From the NCBI GenBank assembly GCA_964035545.1, contig OZ037765.1, positions 2,604,001 through 2,668,000 on the forward strand: DNA of 64,000 nt. The letters are read 5' to 3'. The translations under genes and the position numbers were made by a program. Shown here piece after piece: positions 11,801 to 24,300 of this stretch. The DNA comes from Bugula neritina (Eukaryota; Animalia; Bryozoa). The notes under the pieces were generated by a model that was not told where the DNA came from, made no database searches, and saw only the letters and a list, made by a program, of their open reading frames with translations. The first letter of the stretch is position 1. Each line of letters opens with the position of its first letter.

Positions 11801-14800
11801 CTTCATTATGGCGATCTCGTTGTCTATCATATGCTCTTTACCTCGTAGCTTCGACTTGTCGATAATCTTCATGGCGTACTCGTGCCCGGTGTCTCTATGC
11901 TGACACGCGTTCACGACAGCAAAGTTACCATCTCCTAGTACTCTGCCGATGTCAAACTGAGTCTTTATTTCGTCCAGCTATGAAAAAAAGAATTTGAACA
12001 TATGAAGCGTATAACTTAAAGATAACACACAACCCTGGTGTGTGTATACATCTTGCTATCTAGCATTATATTACTGAATAATGTAAAAACATAACTTTTT
12101 ATCAAGAGTCTATATAAAAAATGTTGCCACATTGCTGATATTATTTATTATTTCCAATCAACTTAAATAACAAATTGAAAAGCAACTTATTTTAATGATG
12201 AGTTGAATCAACAATCAAATTTAAATGCTCGTGGTGTTATTACATATTACTATATACACACATATTACGGTATGCATATACACATATATTACTATATACA
12301 TATATTACTGTATACATATATTACTGTATACATATATTACTGTATACACACATATTACTATATGCACACATATTACTATATACACATATATTACCATGTA
12401 CACATATACTACTGTATACACATATTTTACTGTATACACATACTACTGTATACATATACTACTGTATACACTATACATATACTACTGTATACACATATAC
12501 TACTGTATACATATATTACTGTATACATGCATTACTGCATATGTGAATCAACATTATATAATAGCCTAGAGGTCAACAAAGACTCTGTATTTCTCACTTA
12601 CATCAACTAATCTTTCTTCTTTACTTTTTGCTAGTTTTATTTTTAGCTTCTCTTCTTCTTTAGGCTTTTCCTCCGTTTTTGGTTCAGCCTTTTCAATTGG
12701 CTCTTTCTCCTTTTCATCTTTTTCAATTGGCTCTTTCTCCTTTTCCTCGTTACTGTCTTTTTCAGCTGCTTCTTCAATGACTTTCTGATTAATGTTTCTG
12801 CATAAATATTACAGGGTCTTAAAACACCATTGATTATTGCAGTTTAAAAGACTTTTTAGTAAATCATCACATAAAAAAATAGCCAAGGTGAACTGCATGA
12901 TAAATACTTTCAAGTACGAGTATACTGACAAACACATGTACTATTTAGTAGTGAAAATGTTGAGTTCACCCAGTAGTCGCTGTGGTGTAATGGTTAGTGT
13001 GCCTGCTTGCAAGCCGGAGGTCTCGGGTTCGAATCCCAGCGAGGGCAAAAGTTTTGTAGCAACGAAAGGCGAATTCACATGTATAAAACTATGGATTAGC
13101 ATATCCTAAAACAGAGCTCTGAATAGACTGAGTTCTGACCTGTAAAGTTCGGCCTTGGCCTTAGCTTCGGCATCCCGTTTCTCCTGCAGAAGACGCTCCT
13201 GCTCTTTCTGTCTCTCCTCTTTCAGCTGTCGCTTAGAATTAGCTTGAGCTTGCACTTTCTTAGTTTTATCCTTGACCTGCTCTATGGGCGTATCTACTTC
13301 CTGTTCAGCAGTTGCCTTCTCTTCTTTCTCCTGAAATAATTAACACAGTTGAAGATAATATGAAAGACATGATTATTATAGGGATTTGGGGTTAACCTAT
13401 GATTGTGGTTTTATTCCAGTGACATTGTCCACATTGAATAAAAAACCCATTCGTATAATGTGAAGTATATGGACTTTTAAACTTGGTATAGAAATCATAA
13501 TTATATCAAGTTGACTTACTTTTTCATAACATTTTGACAGCGCTGTGTCTTTCTATGCATGTGGTTGCAGTTTTCAATTAAATATTTTCTTTAATTTCAA
13601 TATTAAAAAGATCATTCAACTCAGAAAACAGTTGACTATTATTTACCTTCAGAATAAGAAGAATAAGGCTGCTTCAAATAGCACACAAGGCTATGAACTT
13701 TACACAAATGGAAACAAAGTTTACATTGCTAGTCAGCAAACAAAAAGCTCTCATTGAGTTTAAACAAAAGTGTTATTCTTAGATGCTGCTTTTACACTTT
13801 GTTATTGATACAAGGTATTTGTTAGTCAAATGGCCAGGCATTATCGATATACTGTACATTAAGTAAACACAAACCCATTTACGTATTGCTATATAATTCA
13901 GCTTGCTCAACAGCAGTGAATTTGAAATTCTCATGCTGGTTGGCCATATACTAGATATATGAGGTAGGTGCAGTAATGGAAAAATTCAGAAAAGCCTGTG
14001 TTTTAGATGAGAAATGTAGCAAAAGAAGTTATGTTCTAGCAAGAATTTTAACCCACGTCCCAAACCAAAATTTAATAATAAAATTATAAAACTTAGGCTA
14101 TCCCAATTTCTCCACTACTGCTCCTATATGTCATATATAAGCCTTTTTAGTATTGGGTAACAACATTTAAAGCTAGTTTCAATAAAAATATTTCCTCTTT
14201 TTGCAGAGTAAATATTCTTTGAAATCATGATTGTAAATTAAAAAATAACTTTTCAATGGAACAAATGAGGTAAATGTTTGTACTCACAGGCTGAGAATTT
14301 TCTGTAGGCTTTGGCTGTAAAACTTTCTTTGCTATTTTCTTTTTTGGTCTGGGTTTTTCTATGTCTTCTGTAGCATCTGGTTGCTCTTTTTCTAAACAAA
14401 TGTAGACTTATTTGTAAATAATATTTTTCATGTTTTAATAAATCGCATCTTGCTTTACTCAGCATAAAATAAATAAAGATTTGAATTACTATTGAATTAT
14501 TTTTAAATATGATAGTGTAAAGACTTAGGTTTCCAGTGCGAAAATAAGAAACTATGCTGTAGTGTAATACTCAGACTGAGTATTTGTTACAAATATGGAA
14601 CAAGATCTGAAGCTATTAGAGACTTTGTAACACCAAAAATAAACATTTATACAGTATTACTCTCAAAGAGTTACCCACAAGGACTCAACCAGATACGATG
14701 AGAAATGATGAAAAGTGATGAGAAACTCTCAAAGAGTTAACAAATCTCACCGGATTGTTTCGGCTTCTCTTCATTTTCTTCCTCCCGAGGTGAATCAGCA

Positions 14801-17800
14801 GCCGGTCTTTTTCCAGGTTTTGACGGAAGAGTTTTTTTCTGGTTGCCCTCAGTCTCTGCTGCATCTTCTGCAGACGTCTCCTCTACAGGCAGACGTTTGA
14901 CAACCTTCTTACTGGGTGCAGGCGGGGGCGGCTTTTCGCTGCCCTGCTTCTCAAGTAACTCTTGATTGTCATTGGCTAAAGACTGAAGCATCTGCTGCTT
15001 GGCTTTCCGCTTTTGCTTCTCTATGTTTCTGAGCAGAGTCTTAGCATACGTACTATCTGGGTACAGAGTTTCAATAATATCCTGAACATCGGTAAACGAG
15101 ATCTTCTCGTTTCCAACCGCCACGAAAATGGAATCACCACGAAAGAAGTCAGATATGCTGAGAATTTCCCGCCCAGTCAGTGTGTAAAGGGACCGGACCT
15201 TGTTGTTCTTCCACTTGGGCCCAAAAGATTCGGAAATGTCGTTTAGCAGACGTTCATATGACTGAACTGATCGCCTGTTCAATAATATCTTGATGTTTGG
15301 ATACGGCTTGCGTCCTGCTCTGACCACGGTGATGACTTTGGGTTTGGTGATGGCACCATATCGTCTGTCATCTTCTCGCAAGCTGTAGGGATCATTCAGA
15401 GGCCGAAGTGGTTTGCGCTGTGGGTAAGCCTCAAAGTGGTGTCTAGGAGTTATACCTTGGTTGATGGAGGACGGGTGGGGAAGAGCGGAGACACCTTTGA
15501 GATCAATTGTAGACGGATTGTCAGTATGCCGGTGTGGTCGACCTAGAATAGACAGGTTCTTATGTAAGCTGTACTGGCGATGACTATATGCAGCATTGTC
15601 AACTCATGAAACACTAATAACTAGTAGACACAATATTTATATGTAGTATTAGAGCAGATTTATTTGCCATAAAGTTTAGTTTATGGTTGGCTGTTCGAAT
15701 CCTCTTAAGAACTGAACTTATTTTACAACGTTTTCCATCTAGAACACAGGCTTTTTCTAATTTCTCCATTACTGCACCTACCTTTGGTATAAAAAGAAAC
15801 TTTTTGTTGATATAATATAATGCAACAGCCACATAACCTGCTCATCCAATACTAACAAATAGTTAGGTATGATATTATAAAATATCCAATTACGTTGTAA
15901 TATATTATAATATAATATACTACAATGTAATTGAATATATTATAATATAATATATTGTAATGCAATTGGACATAACATAATATAAGGATATTCCAACAAC
16001 AGCAAAACAATTATACTTTGTTGTATAGGCAAGGAGAGATGCTAGTTACAGCTGTTTAATGCTCTAAAGTCTATTAAAAAAGTCATTGTGTGTAATTTTA
16101 ACCTGACGTTGCAAAATTTCCTTTCCTAGCATGGTTAGATAACATAAATTTGTAAAATTGCATACAGAAATAGCAACATGGTTTTAGAATTTTAGCCAAT
16201 CAATTACTTTAACTTGCTATAATCTAATTTGTGAAGAATAAATTTTCGTAAACTCTTATTCTCAGAATTATAATACATTGTCCTACTTGCCGAGCATAGA
16301 ACTTACTGTTGTCTCGCTACATGCATGCAAAGTATTGGTTATGAGAAGAACAAATTATCCAAATGCTTAACACTAACTTAAAATCAAAGGTAGACACTAG
16401 ATGCTTTTATACTTTCCTTACTAAATTGCTCAGTTATTTTTACTGGAAGTCTACATTATAGTAGAAAAGAAAACAACCCTATCAACTTTATAATACAAAG
16501 ATAGTTTCATGTTTTTTTAACGAATAAATATTTTACTATCTTTAAAATCATAATATAACTCAATGAATTTTTTGAAGCTCAAGATATAAATCTCACATTC
16601 ACGCCCCCAAATATATTTTCTAACAAGCAGAGGTGGTCCTTCTCCAATACTAATCTTTCTAATTATGTCCTCCAAATTTTTAGCATATTTTGACTCAACG
16701 TCTTTTTTTCTCTTGAGATGACGATAATAGTCCTGACGATGTAAGTAATAGTAGTAGTTGGTCATACTCGATTTTAAATATCAAAGTAAGTCACCCAGCT
16801 TTGTAAAAATTTTGTTTGACTTTACTGAACAAGTTGCATAAGCGAAATTTTGCCTCTTTCAAACTTCAAAGCATTAATGTATAATGAATATATCTACTTA
16901 ATTTCATCTAAAGCAATGTTTCATACTGCAAGAACACCGAAGAGGTGATACCATGACCTTACATGCATCATTATTATTTTCCCAAGCATTTTTCATCAAA
17001 GTACTGAATTAAAATAATTTTCATGAAGCAACGTGTCAAGTGTAATGAATATAATAGAAAAGCAATCGAGTCTCTTTCATGACCAAATAATCAAAATTAA
17101 ATGTTTACTTTAGATTTTAATTTTAGAAATAAAGTGGCCTAGCTGCTTCAAATGTCAATTTCCACTCAGTCTTTGATACAATGTTTAACTAACCTCTTTG
17201 ACACATGACCAGCCTAAGCACCATTGATACTGAGATTTGTTCATGAAAAATATAATTGCATTAGGTTGATAAGATTGGTGAGTTTAAATATGTTTAATAA
17301 AATTTAATTCAAACAGTCACACTCAACAAACAGTTGGTGTTGAGAAAATGCTGCCCATATGCTGCCTTTTAGCCTACTTTTTATCGGCACTCAAATAAAT
17401 GAGATTAATCAAACAACTTTTGCTTATGAAAAGAATCAAATATTTTTATTATATTTAGTCATCGGTATTTTAAATTGAATGATCATGTTTAAAAACAAAA
17501 AAAATGTTTAGATCATGTTCAATTACAATGAAACAAAAGGTATTAAAATTTGATTGAACGTTCTGTATCCATTATCATGTGTTTATTAATTAGTTTACAG
17601 TTTACTTGCTTTTCTGAATTTCAAAATTCAAGTAATTTTTCTTTTCTTCTTTAAAATAAAACCACAGCATAATGTTTTTAAAGTTCACTGAGTAAACTGT
17701 TCCGGTTCAGTATCACAATGACTCATCAATATTCAAATTGATATTTATGACTCTGTGATGACTCATTATTGCTTAGAAAGGCAGTTGATGCATCAACTTG

Positions 17801-18404
17801 GAACTTATCTCCTTACTTTTTAAATCTCTGCCACCACAAAAGATGACAGGCTTTCATCATAATATTATTATCAAACAAGTAAATAAATGATCAACATATT
17901 AAAATTATCCCAATATTGGTAGAATTTTTTCAATATGTAGACTTAGTTTTCAAAGTTATTGTTTAAAACTATGCTTTATAGTATACATGCGCACAGCCTA
18001 CCTGTCGACCAAGGATCTAAGGCTTGAGTGCCATAATTCATAGCTTTGAAGGACTCGAAACCAGCACATACATACTCTTGACCATCCTGGAGGTGCTCTA
18101 TATCTCTGATCCTCCTCCCTCCTCTCGGCGTGTATATCTGGCGCACACCGTACGGTAAAGAGGAAGTAGAAGGCAGTTTGTTTGTTAAATCACCTAGGAG
18201 ATCTTGGAAGGATAAGTATCGGTGTGGGGTAATGAATAACTTTTTTCCTTTGCTAAATTTATCTCCATTGTTAAAAAACGTGACCTTTTTAGGTCGTCTC
18301 ATGTCTCGATACTTGTCATTGGTCAAATCTTTGTGAGTCTGTGAGACGTCTGCACGGTACAGTCTTTTGGTTCGAAGTTGGGGCATTGCATCAGCATGCA
18401 GCAT
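8827..18404 (-). CDS. DCLK3: Doublecortin-like kinase (DCLK3-like): two DCX domains, Lys/Glu-rich linker, CaMK-type kinase
   Basis: Exons 18002-18404 (DCX1: [10 protein letters not shown]...[11 protein letters not shown]...[10 protein letters not shown]), 14751-15542 (DCX2: [11 protein letters not shown]...[13 protein letters not shown]), 14288-14391, 13140-13330, 12602-12797, 11717-11977 ([16 protein letters not shown]), 11304-11450 (HRDVKPEN), 10745-10877 ([15 protein letters not shown]), 9450-9617 ([12 protein letters not shown]), 8827-9080. Frames join; GYGLEVDMW favours the DCLK3 subfamily. Confidence 0.88.
12240..12540. repeat. Intronic minisatellite, ~16-18-bp unit (TATACACATATTACTG-like)
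   Basis: Visible tandem array; it generates the spurious Y/I/H/T-rich ORFs 12203-12610 and 12225-12569. Confidence 0.9.
12958..13057 (+). mobile_element. tRNA-derived SINE-like repeat (tRNA-Ala/TGC-like head)
   Basis: A-box-like TGGTGTAATGGTTAG, CTTGCAA loop, B-box GGTTCGAATCC, tail GGGCAAAAGTTTT; acceptor and T stems degenerate; related copies elsewhere in the window. Confidence 0.7.
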
Positions 18405-19684
18405 CTTGTCTTAGTTTCTTCTACTTATTCTATGTTTTTCTGAGAAACAAATTTCATAACATTTACAAGATATAAACATTAAAATACATCATAGAATTTT
18501 ATCAAATATTTTACTAAATAAGAATAAAACTGCAGGCATATTATATCACACCATAGTGTATCATAGTATAATAAAAATGAAAAAGAAATAGAGACTCCAT
18601 CGGTTTGTTTCATTGTGGTAGTTTGAGTTGAAAAAAAATTGCATAAAATTTCTTATTATTAAAAAAGCATCACTTGCTATGAGTCCTGCTACTAGTTACA
18701 ACTAGTACTAATAAGCACTATGAGCAACTATAGTACTAATACTAATACTAATAGCCACTAGTATTAGTACCAGTAGCTATTAGTACTAGTACTTGCACTT
18801 GCAGTCATCAGTAATAGTATTAATAGCAATAGTGCTAGTACTAGAACTAGCACCTACTAGTAATAGTAATTGCAGTACAAAATATCAAAGCATTTTAATT
18901 CAAAAGTAGATGCCATACATAATGATAATCATCTAGTTATTTAAAAGTTAATCAAAACCTCATTATTGTTATAGAATTTAGACACCACACTGTTGTCACC
19001 AAGTAACATAAAAATAGCTATCTGCCACTATTACTAGTATTACTAGTATTACTATTACCATTAGTATAGTAGCTTCTTATAGTAACTTACTTACTTCAAA
19101 CTTGTATACTTGAGTTTAGGTTTTCAATGCTAATCCAAGCACCAGCTGTATCTTTCACTCGAACAAGTTGTAATACTAATAGCAATGCAGTGTAGGTCCA
19201 GTTATTTGTTCGATCTACATTTCTAAGTAAAGAGTAAGAGATACATAAATTAAAACTTTGTCTTCTCGACTTTAAGTTTGAGATGAGTGAGTCTAGAATA
19301 GCCAACTACTGTGTGATATCCATATAAGAGTCCCCAATGCATTAGGTCGGCATTGTGATCAACCCTTCCTTATTACTGAGTTTGAAACACAAAGGTTATA
19401 AGATCAGCTACTAACTAGTTCGACTATAATATTATTCTTGAATTCTATAGCTGCTAACTTCAAAACCAATATTGACCATGCTGAATGCAATGCTATTGAC
19501 ACATAGTTAGTAACTATCGATCACGCAATTTCAATAATTGAATATAATAAAATTTATAAATTTAAAATACAGCAAGCAAAATTTAAATCTATTTTATTAA
19601 TAATGGTATTGTCAATTATTAATAATGGTATTGAAGAAAAACTTTTACTGCCTTATCAATCTGTAGATCGATAGTAATCAATTA

Positions 19685-19697
19685 GTTGCTTAGCAAC
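19685..19697. promoter_or_regulatory. Candidate RFX X-box upstream of the DCLK3-like gene
   Basis: GTTGCTTAGCAAC fits the palindromic X-box consensus and lies about 1.3 kb upstream of the DCLK ATG; function not shown. Confidence 0.45.
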
Positions 19698-21337
19698 ACC
19701 AAAACAAATGTTTGACTAACTTGCGGATACTATTCTATACAGCCTAATGGATAACTGCAATTTTGTTGTATTGATGGCGACCTTGAGCCGTTTAACAATC
19801 TAGATGTAATAAAGCAACCAATCTAAACTCTACTTGAAGTTCATAAAAAATAATACCCAGCCTGTAAATATTTGTTAACATCTTTACTTACTTCACTTCA
19901 CACCTGAGCTACATCTTTGGGCTGTATTTGGCTAACATACAAACTCAATTAGAGGTTGACTAATTTAGACTAGAGACTAACTCTGCAGACTTAAAGCCCT
20001 AGAATAAAGTCTCCAATACTGTGCAATAGAAATTTAGTTAAAATCAACACTTGTTAGCAAACTACAGAGGTATTACCATGCTGAAAAGAACTATATATGC
20101 CCGTTATACTCAAATAAAACATTGACAAGTATATGCAATTGTTGTAATATTGTATGTAATAAGAATAACTAGAGTGATGGCTGAAAAAGGTGTGAATATG
20201 TATAATATAATATATGTATATATAATATATCATGATGTTACAAGTTGTTAATAACATAATCTGCATGTTTTCTTATTTTCTACTATATAAATGCAAAGTG
20301 AATATAAAAACATATGTAAATGCACATTATATTAGAACTAATAAAGAACTTTTCCACCCAATTTCTTATACTTATAATCGCTCCCTATTTCTTTCTTTTT
20401 ATGGCAATCAAGTCAAATTATATTCACTAATGAGCGCTTAGTATCAGCTAGGCTATTTAATTTACTCACTAGAGTATAAATGAACTCTCATCAGCATATT
20501 TTGATTTTGATGTTCAAATCTGCAATGTCTGTGACCGGCCATCAAGCACCTACATTAGCTACTGCTATGTATTATTCTAATTCCATACATTTACCTATAT
20601 ATTTTATTTCATTGTATGCATTATAATAATGACACTTTACTGACTTGTAAAATGTGTTCACCCTGTATATTTTACTTATAAAGTGTTTTGAAACTAATCA
20701 TCCAGTTAGTAGGAATGCTTTTTCCAACAGTACATGTAGTAACTTGTGGTGAATATTTGGTCCTGGATGACGCATGTCTGTTTGGTTACTATATTTCATA
20801 TGATAATAAACTAAGTTTGGTTTGTTGAAATAGGCATTTTATATTTTATAACAATATCTGAATTTATACCATGATTTTTTTTATAATTAGGAGTTGTACT
20901 CTCCTTTAGATGTTGCAAGTAAAAAAATCATATAGAAGTAGATCAATAAAATCTTAGAACTTAAATGCTAAATGAAATACTAATTGTGCAATAAATTTAC
21001 TGTGGTAGAAGCAATTTGTTTTGATAGTAGCACGCATATCTGTAGTTTAATAATGTTTTTAAAAATATAATCTTCATTGTCAAGTTTGGAAAAAAAGAAT
21101 TATCACTTGCTTATTGAGTAATGGTGGGTAGCAGCTAGGGTATAATCACATAAATCATATATGCTGCTTGTCACTTTACTACTCTGGTTAGCTGGCCAAT
21201 CACACAATAGCCTAGTCTCGATAGCTGGTAGTCAAGTTGTTAAAGCATATGGCTGATAGTCATGTAATGTTGTGTGAATTGGCTTGGTTGTTCGAGTTAT
21301 TCAATGGGAAGCACCATTACAATAACCGTATTGACTA

Positions 21338-24300
21338 TTAGTTATCAAAGATGTTTGGAACTTCTAGACCAAAGTTCTTCTTCATGTCTAGCTGAGCTTC
21401 AACAGAGCTAACCATCATCATAGCACTTTTGACATCGGGAGCATTTCTGCTGTATGCGAGAAGTTTCTGGTAGCTCTCCAGAGCTTCTTCTATCTTGCCT
21501 CTACAAGTCACAATGTATATAACAAATATTTGACAATTACCATAATTGTTAAACTAGAAAAATAATCGACTAAACTTTCTTATGGCCTGCAAGTTGTGTG
21601 CATAACTGAACTCTCTCTATAATGTTTTAACATAGATAGACAAACATAGCATATGCAAGTGTATAGTATGTAGAAGTTGCGTTTCTAGTAAATAATTTAG
21701 CTCTGAACAATGAGGTATGACAAATTAAAGCAACGTAGAATTTTTCAATTAAAAACCTACTGTAGATGCTAAATGTTAGCTCAAACTTCCGAGAAACTGT
21801 TTGGTATGAAAAAATGCTCACAGTTTGAGATAGACATGACCAAGGTGAGTATATGTGTTTTCATAGTACGGGTCCAACTCTTTAGCCTTGTTGAGATAGG
21901 AGAGGGCTTTCTCCAAACCCTTATCCAATGGGATCAGCAGTTGACTACAAATTTACCAATTACATTCAAGCTTATATTTCTATACATAAGTTGTCTGCCA
22001 CTAAAAACAGCATTGAAAAAGCAGTTCCATCCACTTAAATTCTAAAGGGTATACTCACACTGCCTGAATGTAGATAGTCGGGCGGTTGGGGCAGCAAGCA
22101 ATAGCCTGGTCATAAATAGCTTGAGCTTTCTCAAGCTTGCCCAATGAGACAAACGCTTGAGCATAGAGGCCCCAGATTTGGGGTTCAGTGGAGTATTTCT
22201 CCACCATAGTTTGCAGCTCTGACAAGAGATTGCTGAGATCCCCCTCTCTCTTCCCATATATTGCCATTTGCAACTCTGTGACGATTAACATCAATTTACT
22301 GTGGCCCTAGCTTAGCTAAGAATGCTAAATACAGTTTGATTATAGTTTTAAGAATGAGCCAATTCACAATCAAGATACACAAGAACAAGAGACTCTAGTA
22401 CCATTTGAGTTTAGAAAACTCTTATTTTATCAGTATGACTTAGACTCTAGGCGAGGAATATTCTAGACAAAGATGACTGATTAGGATGACTCACCACACA
22501 TTTTCTGCTGGACGACAAGGGCTGGCACCTCCATATTATGGCACTCGATGGCTTTTTCAGTATCATCCATGCAACTTGTAATGTTACCCATCAGCAGGTT
22601 AATCTGCAAAGACAAAAATATACAGACTATACAGAAAACAAAACCACCTCATTACTAACTAAACTAGGTTTAGTATTACTTTATGCAAATTATAGAGTAC
22701 AAAATGTTTTCACATCTGTTAATTCAAAAGAGATGATTCTAGAAAAAGTAATGCTACCTTCCTCACTGCTAAGGAAGTTTTCAAGTTTTACTGTTTTAGA
22801 GGATTCTGGCCTTGGATAATGTTGACTATTGAAAAGCATACCCAGACGTGCTTGTCTAGCACACATATACAAACACTTGGGTTCTGCATCTCAATTAACT
22901 ATAATATTCTATCATGTACATGCACTCATGTCGCATCTACCTATTTTATAAAATTGCAGCCAGAATTAAAAATTGTTGCTAGGTACACCAATATTTTCTA
23001 AGACATGCCTATGGTATGGTAAGTTATATTATAGTTCTATAGTTATATAGTTCTATAGTTATATAGTTATATGGTTATATAGTTCTTTAGTTATATAGTT
23101 ATATAGTTCTATATAGCTATTATATTATAGTTATAGTTCAATGTGTACATATACATGCAAGGATCACATGGAACACAGTATAAAATACTGCACAATGACA
23201 ATAAACTTGCTCTGACGGTACCTTGCCTCGATGATAATATATATCACCATTCTTGGGATCGCATGCGATGGCATCAGCCATGATCCGGAAGGCATCATGT
23301 GTGTTCATTTTAGCTATTGCCAGAAGAGCTTCACGGAGGAGCGCAGTAGACATGTACTAAAAGCAACAAATCACAACATATCTCTATAAGTCAAAAGGAA
23401 ATAACCATTTCATATTATGAATTTCCAAATGAACTACAAACACTGCTAGTTACACCTACCCTAGGTGGTAGATCCTTAACCCCCATGAGCTTGGCAATGT
23501 CTGCCTCAGCTTCATCAGGCAAACCAGCGAAAACCCTGAAGGTAGCTCTGAGTAGCAAGGTCTCCTTCAGGTAGACGTTGCCATCACCCAACGCCATTTG
23601 TTCATTGAGACAGGGCAGCACTGCATTGTACTGCTTGACCTCAAAATGATAGCATGCAACTTGGAAGGGGGCCCTAAAAAATATATTTGCATAGAGCAAG
23701 TTTTAAGCCTATTTTATAACCTTACAAAAGCCTACAACATTGTAATACATTGATACAATGCATTTAATAGGCGTTGAGTACACATGAATAGAAGAAGAGA
23801 AGCTCATAAAAATTAAAATTTGAAAAAGCAAGTTTTGAATTTTCTTTAGAAATAAAATTATATTTTAATTTTCTTCAGAAAAGAAAACTATATTTTAATC
23901 TTTTTGACCAAGCAGTAACAATAACACTCTGACCTTTTCCCATCAACTGGTGCAGAAAACTTGGCAAAGCAAGTGGTCACTGGATCAAACCGAAAGTTTG
24001 CCATATACAATCTCACGGTTTCAGCACTGATTGGTACGGGCTGGCGTGTCTAAAAATGCAAATTAGAAATAAACAAGAGATAATTTTTGTTGCTTCTAGT
24101 AAAAAAACATAAGCGATATAACATGCTACAAAATATAAGCGAGCGCAAAAAAGTTTTGATTATTTTATTGTAAGCCCACCTTCATGTGGCCAACAAGCGC
24201 TACTTCAGCGTCCTTGTCTATGGCAAGGATGACGGATTGTTTAGCAGACTTGTTAGGAGGTTTCTGTAGGTAATAACCAACTGCCAGATCTGAAACAGCC

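Noticed and set aside
12203-12610. 135-aa and 114-aa Tyr/Ile/His-rich ORFs on the + strand
   Set aside because: They are translations of an intronic minisatellite antisense to DCLK
12969-13050. Functional tRNA-Ala gene
   Set aside because: Acceptor and T stems pair poorly and several divergent copies exist, so it is treated as a tRNA-derived repeat
16517-16765. 82-aa ORF in a DCLK intron
   Set aside because: No recognisable family or splice support; it could be a decayed insertion but cannot be supported
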